Shown here in pieces: positions 9,722-18,832 of a DNA stretch of 64,000 bases (position 1 is its first letter; each line of letters opens with the position of its first letter). This DNA is from Candidatus Eiseniibacteriota bacterium (lineage in GTDB: Bacteria; Eisenbacteria; RBG-16-71-46). Both the position numbers and the translations under genes were made by a program. The notes below the pieces were generated by a model that worked only from the letters and a program-made list of their open reading frames with translations, had not been told where the DNA came from and searched no databases. The DNA lies in NCBI GenBank assembly GCA_025360715.1, contig JANYBS010000026.1, positions 5,699 to 69,698 on the forward strand, given 5' to 3'.

Positions 9722-11131
9722 TCAATTCTCCCGCAGTCCGGCCAGCACGTCTTCGAGTGCCGCACCGCGCGAACCCTTGAGCAGCACCACCGTCCCCGGC
9801 AGAAGCTGGGCATCCAGCTCAGCGGCCAGCGACGGCTTGTCGGCGAAGATGCGCACACTCACGCGGGCAGCACGCGCACCCTCGGCATAATCCTGGGCGT
9901 GTGCGCCGACCGCCCATAGCTCGGCGTCACGCACTTGCGCGCCCGTGTCGCGGTGGAGCTGCGGCGCGGTGGTCCCGAGTTCCAGCATATCCCCGAGAAC
10001 GGCGATGCGGCGACTCGCGCCCGGCCAGTGGGCAAGCGTACGCAGGGCGGCCTGCGTGGCGTCGGGATTCGCATTGTAGAAGTCCAGAAGCAGCACAGCG
10101 CCGCGAAGCGTGCGCACTTCCATGCGGCCGGGCAGCGGCCGGTAGGCCCCGAGTGCCGCCGCGACGGCCGAGGGATCCAGACGATAGTGCTTGGCGACCG
10201 CGATCGCCGCGAGGGCGTTCTGCACCTGGTGCGCGCCCACGAGCTGCAGGTGCACCGGCGGGAAGCCGTCCACATGCAGACGCGAGCCTTGTGGCCCCAG
10301 GTCCTCCACCTGCGTGGGCCGGACCTCCGCGTTCGCGCCCAGACCATACGTGATCACCCGCGCCTTGGCGCCCTTCACCGCCGCGAGCAACCGCGGCGAG
10401 TCCGCACCCACGAACGCCGGCTGTCCGCTCGTGAGCGCATGCACGAGCGATGCCTTCTCGGCCGCGATCGCTTCGAGTGTGCCCAGGCTCTCGAGGTGCG
10501 CGGATCCCGCATTCGTCACGATCACGCCGACAGGCTTGGCGATCTTCGCCAGCGCCGCGATCTCGCCCGCGTTGCTCATGCCCATCTCGACAATGGCCAC
10601 CTCATGCTCCGGCCGCAACGCCAGCAACGTCAGGGGCACACCCCAGTGGTTGTTCAGGTTGCCCTGCGTGCGCAGCGTCGGCGCTGCGGTCGCGAACGCC
10701 GCGGCGACCAGTTCCTTCGTGGTCGTCTTGCCCGCGCTGCCGGTGATGCCCAGCAGCAGCCCCGGCCAGAGATCGCGCAGCTTGGTCGCCAGTTGCTGCA
10801 ACGCGGCCGTCACGTCGTTCACGAGCACGAGCGGGCCGAGCTCATGCTGCTCGATCAGCGGATGCACCTCGCGCAAGCACAGAGCGGCGCCGGCGCCGCG
10901 CGCGAAGGCTTCGTCCAGATAGGCGTGGCCATCGACCTGCGAACCGGGCAACGGCACGAACAACATGCCGGGCTCGATCCTGCGCGTGTCGATGCTCGCG
11001 CCGGTGATGCCGCTCCTGAGCAGCGCCTCGCGCGCGCCCGGGTCGACCGGTACCTTGCGCACGACGAGGTCGCCATTCGCCCACTGTGCCAACTGCACCA
11101 GGTTGATGAGCGGATGCTCGAGCAGGCTCAC
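9722..11131 (-). CDS. murF: UDP-MurNAc-tripeptide--D-Ala-D-Ala ligase
   Basis: ITGSAGKTTTKE, NLNNHWGVPLT, EMGM, YNANP, LGDMLELG, LKGSRG. Confidence 0.97.
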   Translation of the reverse strand: MSLLEHPLINLVQLAQWANGDLVVRKVPVDPGAREALLRSGITGASIDTRRIEPGMLFVPLPGSQVDGHAYLDEAFARGAGAALCLREVHPLIEQHELGPLVLVNDVTAALQQLATKLRDLWPGLLLGITGSAGKTTTKELVAAAFATAAPTLRTQGNLNNHWGVPLTLLALRPEHEVAIVEMGMSNAGEIAALAKIAKPVGVIVTNAGSAHLESLGTLEAIAAEKASLVHALTSGQPAFVGADSPRLLAAVKGAKARVITYGLGANAEVRPTQVEDLGPQGSRLHVDGFPPVHLQLVGAHQVQNALAAIAVAKHYRLDPSAVAAALGAYRPLPGRMEVRTLRGAVLLLDFYNANPDATQAALRTLAHWPGASRRIAVLGDMLELGTTAPQLHRDTGAQVRDAELWAVGAHAQDYAEGARAARVSVRIFADKPSLAAELDAQLLPGTVVLLKGSRGAALEDVLAGLREN

Positions 11132-12600
11132 GCCACACCTCCCGCGAGCAGTTCGCGCACGACGGCCCGATCGTCGAACGGCAGTACCAGCGCGCCGATC
11201 GTCTGCGTGTCCTCGTGGCCCTTGCCCGCGACCAGCACCACGTCGCCGGCATGCGCAGCCGCGAGCGCCGCGGCGATCGCCTCACGCCGATCGAGGATCA
11301 CCGTGAGCGTACCTGCCGGTGCGCCGGCGACGATCTCGTCGGCGATCGCCTGCGGCGCTTCGCTGCGCGGATTGTCGTTCGTGACCCACGCGCGGTCGGC
11401 CATACGCGCGGCGATGCCGCCCATGAGCGGGCGCTTGCCGCGGTCGCGGTCGCCGCCGCAGCCGAAGACCAGCAGCAGCCGCCCCGGCGCGTGTTCGCGG
11501 CACGCCGCCAGCGCGCGCTCGAGCGCATCGGGCGTGTGCGCGTAGTCCACGGCCACGGTGAAGCCCGCGGCCCCGTCGATGCGCTCGAGCCGCCCGGGCA
11601 CGCCGCTGCAGCTCGCCAGCCCGCGGGCCACCACCTCTGCCGAGATCCCCAGCGCGCGCGCCCCCCCCCAGGCGCCGGCCGCGTTCCACGCGTTGTAGCG
11701 CCCGAGCAACGGCAGCGTGAACGCGTAGGCCTGCCCCGCTTCTTCGAACCGCACCGCCATGCCGCCGGCGACCGGTGCGGCCGCCGCGATGCGCACGTCG
11801 CAGCGCGCGGCCTCGCCAAAGCGCAGCACGCGGCGATGCGCGTGCGAAGCGGCGGCAGCGATCGCATCGGCGGCGGGGTCATCGCCATTCACCACCGCGA
11901 CGGCTGGCTTCTCGGTGCCGCCGTTTCGGCCATCGAAGAGCATGGCTTTCGCGTCAAGGTACGCGGCCATGGTGCCGTGATAATCCAAGTGGTCCTGCGT
12001 GAGGTTCGTGAACACGCACGCGTCGCACGCCAGCCCCCAGGTGCGGCGCTGCGCGAGCGCGTGGCTGCTGGCTTCCATGGCCACTGCGGCCACGCCGCGC
12101 CCGCGCATCTCGGCGAGCAGGCTCTGCAACTGCGGCGCCTCGGGCGTGGTGAATGCGCTCGCGCGCGATTCGCCGGCGAGGCGCACTCCCGTCGTGCCGA
12201 TCACCCCGGCCGCGAGGCCAGCCGCGCGGAAGATGCTCTCGAGCAGGTACGTGGTGGTGGTCTTGCCATTGGTGCCGGTCACCGCGACGACCTTGAGCGC
12301 GCGCGAGGGATGGCCGTACAAACGATTGGCGGCCTGCGCGAGCGCCAATCGGGCATCGGCGACCTGCACGTGCGTGGCGCCCTCGACGCGCGCGCCCGGC
12401 GCGGTGACCACGGCCGCGGCGCCGGCGGCGACCGCAGCGGCGGCAAAGCGCGCGCCGTCGGCGTGCACGCCCTGCAGCGCGAAGAACACATCGCCCGCGC
12501 CGGCGCAGCGCGAGTCGAGCGCCAGAGCGCGCACCGGCATTCCCGTCTCCCCGGTGACCACGGCCCCTTCCACCTCCACGAGCAACTCTTGCAGCGTCAC
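11128..12600 (-). CDS. murE: UDP-MurNAc-dipeptide--meso-diaminopimelate ligase
   Basis: VTGTNGKTTT, MEASSH, NLTQDHLDYH, DYAHTPD, GCGGDRD, and the DNPR motif associated with meso-DAP specificity; start re-set to GTG 12600. Confidence 0.96.
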   Translation of the reverse strand: MTLQELLVEVEGAVVTGETGMPVRALALDSRCAGAGDVFFALQGVHADGARFAAAAVAAGAAAVVTAPGARVEGATHVQVADARLALAQAANRLYGHPSRALKVVAVTGTNGKTTTTYLLESIFRAAGLAAGVIGTTGVRLAGESRASAFTTPEAPQLQSLLAEMRGRGVAAVAMEASSHALAQRRTWGLACDACVFTNLTQDHLDYHGTMAAYLDAKAMLFDGRNGGTEKPAVAVVNGDDPAADAIAAAASHAHRRVLRFGEAARCDVRIAAAAPVAGGMAVRFEEAGQAYAFTLPLLGRYNAWNAAGAWGGARALGISAEVVARGLASCSGVPGRLERIDGAAGFTVAVDYAHTPDALERALAACREHAPGRLLLVFGCGGDRDRGKRPLMGGIAARMADRAWVTNDNPRSEAPQAIADEIVAGAPAGTLTVILDRREAIAAALAAAHAGDVVLVAGKGHEDTQTIGALVLPFDDRAVVRELLAGGVA

Positions 12601-14723
12601 GGCCGGTGCTTCATCGCCGAAGCGGCCGCCGCATCCGTGGACGCATGGGTGCGCGCCGCAGCATCGGGGAGCGCACACCACAGGCGCACGCTGCCGGGAA
12701 TCGGCAGCGGCGTCCCGGCAGGCGGCTCCTGATGCACGACGAGGCCCTGCCCCTCGATGCGGGCGGTCACCTGACGAAGTCCGAGCTGCCGCATGGCCTC
12801 GCGCACCGTGAGGCCGGCGAGCGCCGGGAGATGGCGGCCCAGCGAGTCCTGCGGCGGCGAAAGCGATGCAAGGATCGGCGCGCCGCGCTCCAGCGGCTGG
12901 CCCGCGGCCGGCACCTGCGCAAGCACGCGCGGGCCTGAGCCGTCGAAATGGATGTTCAAGCCATACTCGCGCGCGCGACGTTCCGCCTCGACGGGCGGCA
13001 GCAGACGCAGGTCGGGTGCGGTCACGTTCGGCAGCGCCGGCGGCTTCGCCGCGATCACGCCTTGCGTGTGGCCGAGAACACTCTCGCGCTGGCGCAGCAG
13101 GTCGAGCATGACCTCGCGGAACACCGGCGCCGCCACCTGGCCGCCGTAGTACGAACTGCCGCGCGGCTCATCGATCACCACGACGCCGACGATACGCGGG
13201 TCATCGGCTGGTGCCATCCCGGCGAACGACGCCATGTACATGCCCGTGCCGTAGCCATGCGTGCGCGGATCGTACTTCTGCGCGGTGCCGGTCTTGCCGG
13301 CGATCCGCAGCGTGCTCAGGCGCGCGGCGGTCGCCGTGCCGCTATCGACGACGGCGCACAGCATGCTGCGCAGTTCGGCGACCGTGGCGTCACTGAATAC
13401 ACGGCGCACGGACGACGGCGTGCCGAGCGTGATCCGCTTGCCGTCGGGGCCGCGTTCCTCGCGCACGAGCATCGGCCGCATGAGCACGCCACCGTTCGCG
13501 ATCGCGCCGTACGCGAGCGCGAGCTGCAGCGGCGTCACGGCGACCTCCTGCCCGATCGCGATCGTGGGCGTGGAACGTGGTTGCCACGCCGAGACCGGCC
13601 GCAGATGCCCCGAGGTCTCGCCCGGGAACTCGATGCCCGTCAGGCTGCCGAAGCCCAGCGAAGTGGCATAGCGATAGAGCCGCTCGGCACCCAGGCGGAT
13701 GCCGAGCTTGCCGCAGACGATATTGCTCGAGTTCTGGATGGCGCCGAAGAACGTGTAGCCCGGATGCGCATGCGAGTCCTTGATGAAGACGCCCGGAAGC
13801 AACTCGGCGCGGCCGCTGGCGGCTGCGACGAAGTATTCGTCGGGGCGTGCCAAGCGCTCCTCGAGCGTGGCACCGGCCACGACCACCTTGAATGTGGAGC
13901 CCGGCTCGTACTGGTCGGTGAACGTCCAGTTCTTCGCAAGGCCCGCCGGCAGGTGCGGCACACACGCCGCCGCCAGGATCTCGCCCGTGGCCGGATCCAG
14001 GAACAGCGCGAAGCCGCGCTTGGCGTGGAGCGAATCGACCGCGCGCGCCAGGTGCTGCTCGGTGATGGCTTGGAGATCCGCATCGAGCGTGAGCGTGAGC
14101 GAGGCGCCATCGCGCGCCGGGCGGCCGTCGGCGCCTGGCAGCGTGAGCAGGCGCGATGCGCCCGCGCGGATCTGCGTGATCCAACCCGAACGGCCGCTCA
14201 GCTCGCTGTCGTACTGGTATTCCAGTCCATCGACGCCCAGGTTGTCGGGGTTCGTGCGCCCCAGGATCTCGGCGGCCGCCTCGTTCAGGCGGTAGTCACG
14301 CTTGGTGTCGTCCTCCACGACAACGCCGCTCAGCTTGAGCGCGCGGATGGCCTCGCCCGTCTCCGGCGGCACCTCGCGCGAGAGGAACGCATAGCCCGTG
14401 ATGCTCTCGAGCTTGCGGCGCAGGACCGCTGGCTTCTCGCCCAGCAGCGGCGCCAGCAGCGTCGCGGCTTCGCTCACGCTCCCCAGCTGCGGGCGGTACA
14501 CCGCGACCTCGCAGATCTGCAGGTCGCGCGCGAGCACGACCCCGTTGCGGTCGAGGAGCTCACCGCGGCGCGGCACGAGCTTGTGACGCTGCTGCTGGTT
14601 CTGCGCAGCCCGCTCGGTGAAGTGCTTGTGCAGCGCGATCTGCAGCCACGCCACCCGTACCCACAAGCAAGCCAGTATCAAGAAAAGACCGGCCGCGGCC
14701 ACCAGCACCCGACTCTTGCGCAT
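12597..14723 (-). CDS. ftsI: Division transpeptidase FtsI/PBP3-type class B PBP with two C-terminal PASTA domains
   Basis: N-terminal TM, RRGELLDRNG, SxxK (STFK), SxN (SSN), KTG motifs; two PASTA-like repeats. Start 14723 or 14768. Confidence 0.93.
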   Translation of the reverse strand: MRKSRVLVAAAGLFLILACLWVRVAWLQIALHKHFTERAAQNQQQRHKLVPRRGELLDRNGVVLARDLQICEVAVYRPQLGSVSEAATLLAPLLGEKPAVLRRKLESITGYAFLSREVPPETGEAIRALKLSGVVVEDDTKRDYRLNEAAAEILGRTNPDNLGVDGLEYQYDSELSGRSGWITQIRAGASRLLTLPGADGRPARDGASLTLTLDADLQAITEQHLARAVDSLHAKRGFALFLDPATGEILAAACVPHLPAGLAKNWTFTDQYEPGSTFKVVVAGATLEERLARPDEYFVAAASGRAELLPGVFIKDSHAHPGYTFFGAIQNSSNIVCGKLGIRLGAERLYRYATSLGFGSLTGIEFPGETSGHLRPVSAWQPRSTPTIAIGQEVAVTPLQLALAYGAIANGGVLMRPMLVREERGPDGKRITLGTPSSVRRVFSDATVAELRSMLCAVVDSGTATAARLSTLRIAGKTGTAQKYDPRTHGYGTGMYMASFAGMAPADDPRIVGVVVIDEPRGSSYYGGQVAAPVFREVMLDLLRQRESVLGHTQGVIAAKPPALPNVTAPDLRLLPPVEAERRAREYGLNIHFDGSGPRVLAQVPAAGQPLERGAPILASLSPPQDSLGRHLPALAGLTVREAMRQLGLRQVTARIEGQGLVVHQEPPAGTPLPIPGSVRLWCALPDAAARTHASTDAAAASAMKHRP

Positions 14724-14845
14724 GTCCCTGTGGGCCAAGTTCCCTCCATGGAACGGCGGTTCACGCAAACCGCCGGCCTCACTCGCGCGGTGCGGTGTCG
14801 CGGCCGGTCACTACACTTCCGGACGCCCCCGTTACGACGACCGGA

Positions 14846-15283
14846 TCACTTCACGAGGCGGCCTCGTGCCTGGGCATCGGGCACGAGTGACGCCATTGCT
14901 CTTCCTGCGAAAGCGAACATCCCGCCGGCGGCAACGGCCTCGAGGCGCGAATCCGCGGGCTCTAGATAAGCTTCGGGCAACGACACGATGCGGCCCGGGT
15001 CGCCGGGGCGCAGCCCCAGTTCCGAAGCCACCGGTCCCAGCTGCGAGCGGCTCGTCGACTTGTCGAGCTCCGCGCGCGACCAGCCCAGTGCCGCCTGCGC
15101 CTGATTGCGCGCGCCCGTGGCGTGATAGATCTCGACGGAGAGGCCGGCAACCGTGCTGCTCTGCCAGACCTCCGTGAGGAGCACCGCCACGACGAGCAGG
15201 GCGCCGAGCACCCAGTCGTAGCGGAGACTGCGCGATTCGTGGACGCGCCACGAGGGAACCGATCGACGCCAGCCCTGGGTCAT
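14846..15283 (-). CDS. FtsL-like cell division protein
   Basis: Short basic N-terminus, one TM helix, heptad-like segment, ASELGLRP (cf. the FtsL A-x-x-x-LGM motif); sits between rsmH and ftsI; ATG 15283 overlaps the rsmH stop. Confidence 0.7.
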   Translation of the reverse strand: MTQGWRRSVPSWRVHESRSLRYDWVLGALLVVAVLLTEVWQSSTVAGLSVEIYHATGARNQAQAALGWSRAELDKSTSRSQLGPVASELGLRPGDPGRIVSLPEAYLEPADSRLEAVAAGGMFAFAGRAMASLVPDAQARGRLVK

Positions 15284-16215
15284 CGTGCCTTCCTCCGGAA
15301 TGCCCTGAGACGCGCGCTGCGCGCCCGGGGGTTCGAGTGCTGCTCCTCCGCCGAGGGAACCACCACCTTCTTCGTCAACTCCTGCCACGGCGATACGTCA
15401 CCGTCGTCCGTGAGCGCCGGCAAGCGGCGCGAGATCACCGGCGCGCTGCTGCGAAGCGCATGCTTCACCCGCCGGTCCTCACCGCTGTGGTACGCCAGCG
15501 TCACGACGACGCCGCCGTCCCCCATGACACCGGGCAGCCATTCGAGCGCTCCTTCGATGTCTGCCATCTCATCGTTCACCCAGATACGCAGCGCTTGAAA
15601 GACCGGCGCCAGCTTCTTCGGGCCTGCCTCACCGAGGACGCGCCCACACACCGCAGCGAGCTGCCGCGTGGTGGCGAGCTGCCCCGTCTGAGCGGCCTCG
15701 ACGATCGCGCGCGCAAGCCGCGCGCTGCCGGCGAGATCGCCATATTCCTTCAGCACGATGGCCAGCTCGGACACATCCGTGTGTGCAAGTCGCTGGATCA
15801 GCGTCTCACCCCGCATGCGGTCCATGCGCAGGTCGAGCGGACCATCCATCATGAAACTCATCCCCCGGGTGGGATCGTCGATCTGCGCCGACGACAACCC
15901 GAAATCGAACAACGCGCCCGTGAAGGGCTCACCCCCAGCCATCAAGGCGTGGGCCGCCGGGATCTCCCGGAACGTCCCGTGCGTGAACATCACGCGCTCA
16001 CCGAACCGCGCGAGGCGTTCACGCGCGAAGGCAAGGGATCCCCCATCGCGGTCGGAGCCGAGCAGCCGCGCGCCCGGTTCGGCGAGCAGCACCGCTTCGG
16101 CGTGACCGCCATCCCCGAGCGTGGCGTCCAGGTAGAGCCCCGCGCCCCCGAGCAGGAAACCCATCGTCTCGCGGACGAGCACCGGGTCATGACGCGGTCC
16201 CAAGCCGGGGTCCAT
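15280..16215 (-). CDS. rsmH: 16S rRNA m4C1402 methyltransferase RsmH
   Basis: HDPVL, DATLGDGGHA, DFGLSSAQID, GPLDLRMD, FQALRIWVN, YHSGEDR, NPRARSARLR. Start 16215 or 16233. Confidence 0.97.
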   Translation of the reverse strand: MDPGLGPRHDPVLVRETMGFLLGGAGLYLDATLGDGGHAEAVLLAEPGARLLGSDRDGGSLAFARERLARFGERVMFTHGTFREIPAAHALMAGGEPFTGALFDFGLSSAQIDDPTRGMSFMMDGPLDLRMDRMRGETLIQRLAHTDVSELAIVLKEYGDLAGSARLARAIVEAAQTGQLATTRQLAAVCGRVLGEAGPKKLAPVFQALRIWVNDEMADIEGALEWLPGVMGDGGVVVTLAYHSGEDRRVKHALRSSAPVISRRLPALTDDGDVSPWQELTKKVVVPSAEEQHSNPRARSARLRAFRRKAR

Positions 16216-16648
16216 CGAAGGTGCGCGGCACATTCACGAGCGCCGCTGCGTCGGTGCAGCCGCGCAGATGGGCATCACAGCCCGCCAGGCGGAACAGGTC
16301 ACGCAGGTAATGGCTCAGGCCGCAGAGCAGGTAGGAGCCCGTGCGCGTCTCGAAGCGCGCGAGCGCGTCGACGAGGCGCGGCACCATGCGGTAGTCGATG
16401 TGCCGCAGCTGCGAGCAGTCCACGAGCAGCAGATCGATACCGCGCGAGGCCAGGTCCTCGAGGGCGCGCTCGATGCCGCGCTCCGCCGAGAGGTCCACCC
16501 AGCCACGCAGCGCGATCGTCGCCACGCGCCCGGTCGACTGCTCGTGCAGCTCGATGCGCGCAGCAGCGCCGTGGCGACCGCGAGTGAACTGGAGGTTCAC
16601 TGCCATCGAAGGCTGCGAGCTGTGCATGTCCACCGGCGCCACCATCAC
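16187..16648 (-). CDS. STAS-domain (anti-anti-sigma-like) protein
   Basis: LRGWVDL...LLVDCSQLRHIDY...LLCGLSHYLRDLFRLAG matches the STAS pattern (LxGxLD, xxDxSxVxxIDS, LxGLxxxVxxxFxxxG); GTG overlaps the mraZ stop. Confidence 0.8.
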   Translation of the reverse strand: MMVAPVDMHSSQPSMAVNLQFTRGRHGAAARIELHEQSTGRVATIALRGWVDLSAERGIERALEDLASRGIDLLLVDCSQLRHIDYRMVPRLVDALARFETRTGSYLLCGLSHYLRDLFRLAGCDAHLRGCTDAAALVNVPRTFDGPRLGTAS

Positions 16649-17094
16649 ATGTCTCCCAGGACTTCTTCTGCGAGTGCATCGAGTTGATCCTGCACCGGCG
16701 CCACGACTGCGGCGAAGCGGCTCGGCTCCCAGATCTCGATGCGGCCGACTTGGCCGTGCAGGATGGCATCCTTGCCAAGACCTGCACGGCTCATCAGTGA
16801 CGGCGGGATCGAGATGCGTCCCTGCTTATCCACCGTCACCTTGCTTGCGCCCACGAGGAATGCACGTGCGAACTGCCGCTGCTTCTGCGGACCCGTCGAC
16901 ATCTTCCGCAGCTTCTCCTCGAGGTGTTTCCAGTCCTCCTCCGCGTACAGCCACAGGCAGCCATCGAGGCCACCCAGGAGAACGAATGTGTTCAGGGGAT
17001 TCTTGCGACCAGGCACAGCCCGCATCGACGCCGGGACCACGAGTCGGCCCTTGTCGTCGATCGAGTAGTTCTCAGTGCCGTAGAAGGTCGCCAT
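16645..17094 (-). CDS. mraZ: Division/cell wall transcriptional regulator MraZ
   Basis: Two AbrB-like repeats IDDKGRLVVP and VDKQGRISIP, GRIEIW. Confidence 0.97.
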   Translation of the reverse strand: MATFYGTENYSIDDKGRLVVPASMRAVPGRKNPLNTFVLLGGLDGCLWLYAEEDWKHLEEKLRKMSTGPQKQRQFARAFLVGASKVTVDKQGRISIPPSLMSRAGLGKDAILHGQVGRIEIWEPSRFAAVVAPVQDQLDALAEEVLGDM

Positions 17095-17120
17095 CGTGAT
17101 GCCTTCGCGTGATCGCCGTG

Positions 17121-17170
17121 ACTACCATCAACACCCAGGTCTCCCCCTACTTCCCCAAAAATCCCCACCG
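17121..17170 (-). promoter_or_regulatory. MraZ operator: (T)GGG boxes at 10-bp spacing
   Basis: Minus strand reads GTGGGG, TTGGGG, AGGGGG, CTGGGT, ATGGTA with exact 10-nt period upstream of mraZ, as in described MraZ direct-repeat boxes. Confidence 0.8.
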
Positions 17171-17176
17171 CGCTGC

Positions 17177-17206
17177 ACAATAGGTTCTGGGCTCGCTGCT
17201 TCGCAA
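17177..17206 (-). promoter_or_regulatory. Putative sigma70 promoter of the dcw operon
   Basis: TTGCGA-18 nt-TATTGT immediately upstream of the MraZ boxes, with an AT-rich tract further upstream. Confidence 0.5.
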
Positions 17207-17281
17207 GACAAAATCCGCTTGACCTACAGAAAAAAATGCGCCCTGCACGCGTGTGCAGGGCGCATGAACAGCGGACCTCGG

Positions 17282-18832
17282 TCAGCGTTCGGCGCGCAAC
17301 GAGTCGTATGCGGCCCAATCCACGCGGTAGAACGAGTAGACCACGGCGCCGGGCCGGGCGATGCCCAGGTTGGGCACCGAGGCGTGGCCCAGTGGGATCA
17401 GCGCGGCGCCGTAGCGGCTGCGCTCCGAGAGCTCGTAGGGCCGCAGCGCACGATCCACAAGAAAGTCCGGACGTCCCACGGCGACGAAGGAGAAGTTCGC
17501 GGCGATGTCCTCGGGCTGCTCCTTGTGCAGCAGCGGCACCATCTCGGGTGTGACCAAGCCGGCCAGGTCGAGCACCTTGCGCTGGCTGTAGAAGCCCAGC
17601 GCGCCGATGTCCGGCGCCGCGATCGTGACGCCCGGCGCCGTATGACCAGCGAACCACTTACCCCAAGGGATCAGGCTCTGGTCGAGACCCGCAGTGAACG
17701 AACGCACCTGCGGAATCACCTTGGCGCGATAGACCACGATGTTCTGGAAGAGCGCGAGCGCCGACAGCGCCGCGCCGAGCAACAACGCGCCGCGGCGCGA
17801 GGTCTCGGTCGGCGCCTCACCCACCCACCAGCGCTCGACCGCGCGCCACGAAAGCCACGCGACGATCGGCATGAGCGGCAAGAGGTAGCGCGAGAGCACC
17901 GGCACGCCGCGCATCGTGTACAGCACCGGCACGGACGCGACCCACACCCACGGCAGCAACCGCTGAGCCTGCCAGTGGCGCGGCCACAGGCGCTTGCCGC
18001 CAAAGATCATCGCCGCCACGAGCGCGCCGGCGAGCGCGGCATCGGTGGCGCCGATCACGCCCGCTTGCCTGAGCAGGTTCTCGCGCAGGTACTCGAGCCC
18101 AAGGCCACCCGCGGTCTTCGCCGCCAGCGTGTTCGGCCAGAAGGTGCCGAAGTAGAGCCGCGCGAACAACAGCCAGCCACCATAGATGAGCGTGGGCGGC
18201 AGCGCGCCGGCGATCAGCCGCCGCACGCCGTCGCGCGAGTCCGTGTCGATGACGAGGAACACGCCCCAGAGCACAAGCAGGAACACCGCCTCGGGCCGCG
18301 TGAGTGCCGCGAGCGCCCACAGCGCGCCTGTGCGCACCGGGCGCGAACCCCACTGCTTGCCTTCGGTGAACGCCACGAAGCCGGCCAGAACCAGCGCCAC
18401 CGCGAGCGGCGTCTCCATGCCCGAGAGCGACCAGCGGATCATCCACGCGTGACCGGCCCACGTGACCGTGGCGAGCGCGCGCATCTCCGGAGTGCGCAGG
18501 TTGCGGCGCATGAGCTGCAGGAACAGCACCACGGACCACAGCGTCGCGATCAAGCCCAGCATTCGCGCCGTGAAGATGCCGTCGAGTCCCACCGCGATGC
18601 CGTCGGCGATCAGCGCCACCCACAGCGGACTTGTGCTGCCATACACATGCTCGCCCGGATTGAACGCGAAGCCCTGCCCGTGCGCCAGATGCCGCGCATA
18701 CTGCAGATGGATGAACGTATCGTCGGTGAGATAGCCACGCACCGGCCACATGAGCAGCAACGCGAGTCCGAGCCCCACCCACAGGCCCAGCTTCTCGATG
18801 CGCGTCATGGGGCCGTTCTCGTTCAGGATCAC
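17282..18832 (-). CDS. Multi-TM GT-C-type glycosyltransferase (DD-motif, arabinofuranosyltransferase-like)
   Basis: YLTDDTFIHLQYARHL...G-x-TSPLW, SGMETPL, LTRPE, DIGALGF, DLAGL; many TM helices; GTG 18832 overlaps the upstream stop. Confidence 0.7.
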   Translation of the reverse strand: MILNENGPMTRIEKLGLWVGLGLALLLMWPVRGYLTDDTFIHLQYARHLAHGQGFAFNPGEHVYGSTSPLWVALIADGIAVGLDGIFTARMLGLIATLWSVVLFLQLMRRNLRTPEMRALATVTWAGHAWMIRWSLSGMETPLAVALVLAGFVAFTEGKQWGSRPVRTGALWALAALTRPEAVFLLVLWGVFLVIDTDSRDGVRRLIAGALPPTLIYGGWLLFARLYFGTFWPNTLAAKTAGGLGLEYLRENLLRQAGVIGATDAALAGALVAAMIFGGKRLWPRHWQAQRLLPWVWVASVPVLYTMRGVPVLSRYLLPLMPIVAWLSWRAVERWWVGEAPTETSRRGALLLGAALSALALFQNIVVYRAKVIPQVRSFTAGLDQSLIPWGKWFAGHTAPGVTIAAPDIGALGFYSQRKVLDLAGLVTPEMVPLLHKEQPEDIAANFSFVAVGRPDFLVDRALRPYELSERSRYGAALIPLGHASVPNLGIARPGAVVYSFYRVDWAAYDSLRAER

